64,000 bases of DNA from Trueperaceae bacterium. Its GTDB lineage: Bacteria > Deinococcota > Deinococci > Deinococcales > Trueperaceae. Of this stretch, positions 63,090 through 64,000 are shown in pieces. The notes below the pieces were generated by a model. It searched no databases, was not told where the DNA came from, and was given only the letters and a program-made list of their open reading frames with translations. How positions within the stretch are numbered: the first letter of the stretch is position 1; every line of letters begins with the position of its first letter. The stretch spans positions 384,001 through 448,000 of the forward strand of contig CBDCDZ010000004.1 in NCBI GenBank assembly GCA_965215565.1, written 5' to 3'. The translations under genes and the position numbers were made by a program.

Positions 63090-63283
63090 TATAGCAGGTA
63101 TCGTCTAATTTAAGCCAATCTCACGAGATAGAACATGGTTGCCTGGCGGCGAACTACGTCATTCGCTTTGCGAAACCTTCGTCCCTACGGGCTTTCAGCA
63201 CACATTTTAGGGGATGAGGTTCCGTTACAGCGAGCTGTGAAATCTGCGTGATTCGCTTCTCAGCACTTCTGATAACCGCTATA
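63090..63283. mobile_element. MITE, longer homolog of 7151-7265
   Basis: Same termini TATAGCAGGTATC / GATAACCGCTATA and shared AGCCAATCTCAC..GATAGAACA. Confidence 0.85.
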
Positions 63284-63531
63284 CTTGTGAGTTCAGGGTG
63301 TGCTGCCCTTTGGAGGTAGCTTAGCACGGCTATTCGATGTTGACGTTGTAAAATGACCATCTTTTCGGGAGCGGTTTGTGCCGAGAACTTCTACCACGCA
63401 GCTCGAGACGGTTAAAGCGCGCGGGGCGTCAATAGCAGCTCGAATAGCCGTGAAACCCGGTCACACCTCAGAGGAGTGTAAACCTCGAATGGGAAAGCGT
63501 GGTGAGACGACTCTGAGCCGCTAGCCGAACC

Positions 63532-63567
63532 TAAAAAGTAGAGGCTGAATTCAGCCTCTACTTTTTA
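63532..63567. terminator. Bidirectional-type terminator
   Basis: Perfect palindrome TAAAAAGTAGAGGCTGAATTCAGCCTCTACTTTTTA. Confidence 0.75.
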
Positions 63568-63591
63568 TTGCAGTCGAAATGTCCCGCTGGC

Positions 63592-63963
63592 TCAGTGGCA
63601 GCTTGGCGCGCCCTCACCGTCAGGGGCGCTCTTGCCGTCGGTACGAAACGAACTGCCGCAGCCGCACGCGCTCGTCGCGTTGGGGTTGTTCACACTGAAG
63701 CCGCCGCCCATCATGTTCTCGACGTAGTCGACTTCGGAGCCGTCCAAGAGCGGCAGGCTCATCTTGTCGACGACTAAACGCACGCCTCTATCTTCGAAGA
63801 TAGTATCGCCTTCTAAAGCGCGCTCGTCAATCGCCATGCCATACGAATAGCCACTGCAGCCACCCGACTTGACGAACACGCGGATCGCCGCGTCAGTTTT
63901 TTGATTTGTTTGGAGCAGTTGGCTCGCTTTGTGAGCGCCCGCATCCGTAAAACTCAAAGCCAT
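63592..63963 (-). CDS. HesB/IscA family Fe-S cluster assembly protein
   Basis: [22 protein letters not shown]. Confidence 0.93.
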   Translation of the reverse strand: MALSFTDAGAHKASQLLQTNQKTDAAIRVFVKSGGCSGYSYGMAIDERALEGDTIFEDRGVRLVVDKMSLPLLDGSEVDYVENMMGGGFSVNNPNATSACGCGSSFRTDGKSAPDGEGAPSCH

Positions 63964-64000
63964 CGTGTCCTCCTAGAGCGCCCTGGGGCGCGTTACACTA

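Overview
GC-rich bacterial accessory region, probably Deinococcota/Trueperaceae-like (inferred from protein style, a Deinococcus-type recombinase and abundant CTCGAG). It contains an ExeM/NucH nuclease, a phosphatase cluster (two calcineurin-like phosphoesterases, PhoD, a PI-PLC/GDPD-like protein), GSIII followed by a collapsed urease operon, an NhaC antiporter, a GDP-mannose dehydrogenase and an IscA/HesB gene. Mobile DNA is abundant: IS256, nested IS3/IS630/IS3, an IS110 with a bridge-RNA-like leader, MITEs, tiny T-shaped insertions, and a complete 7,084-bp Tn3-family transposon (41-bp perfect IRs, TATAC duplication) that splits an Rhs gene and carries a nuclease-vWA lipoprotein plus SMI1/KNR4 gene. 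The most striking unexplained signal is a family of 12 intergenic 34-bp quasi-palindromic sites (14-bp arm, GCGCGC core, 14-bp arm). They bracket small gene modules, one lies beside a tyrosine recombinase, and a consensus half-site lies beside a second, suggesting an undescribed site-specific cassette system. All product calls come from motif recognition by eye, not database searches.
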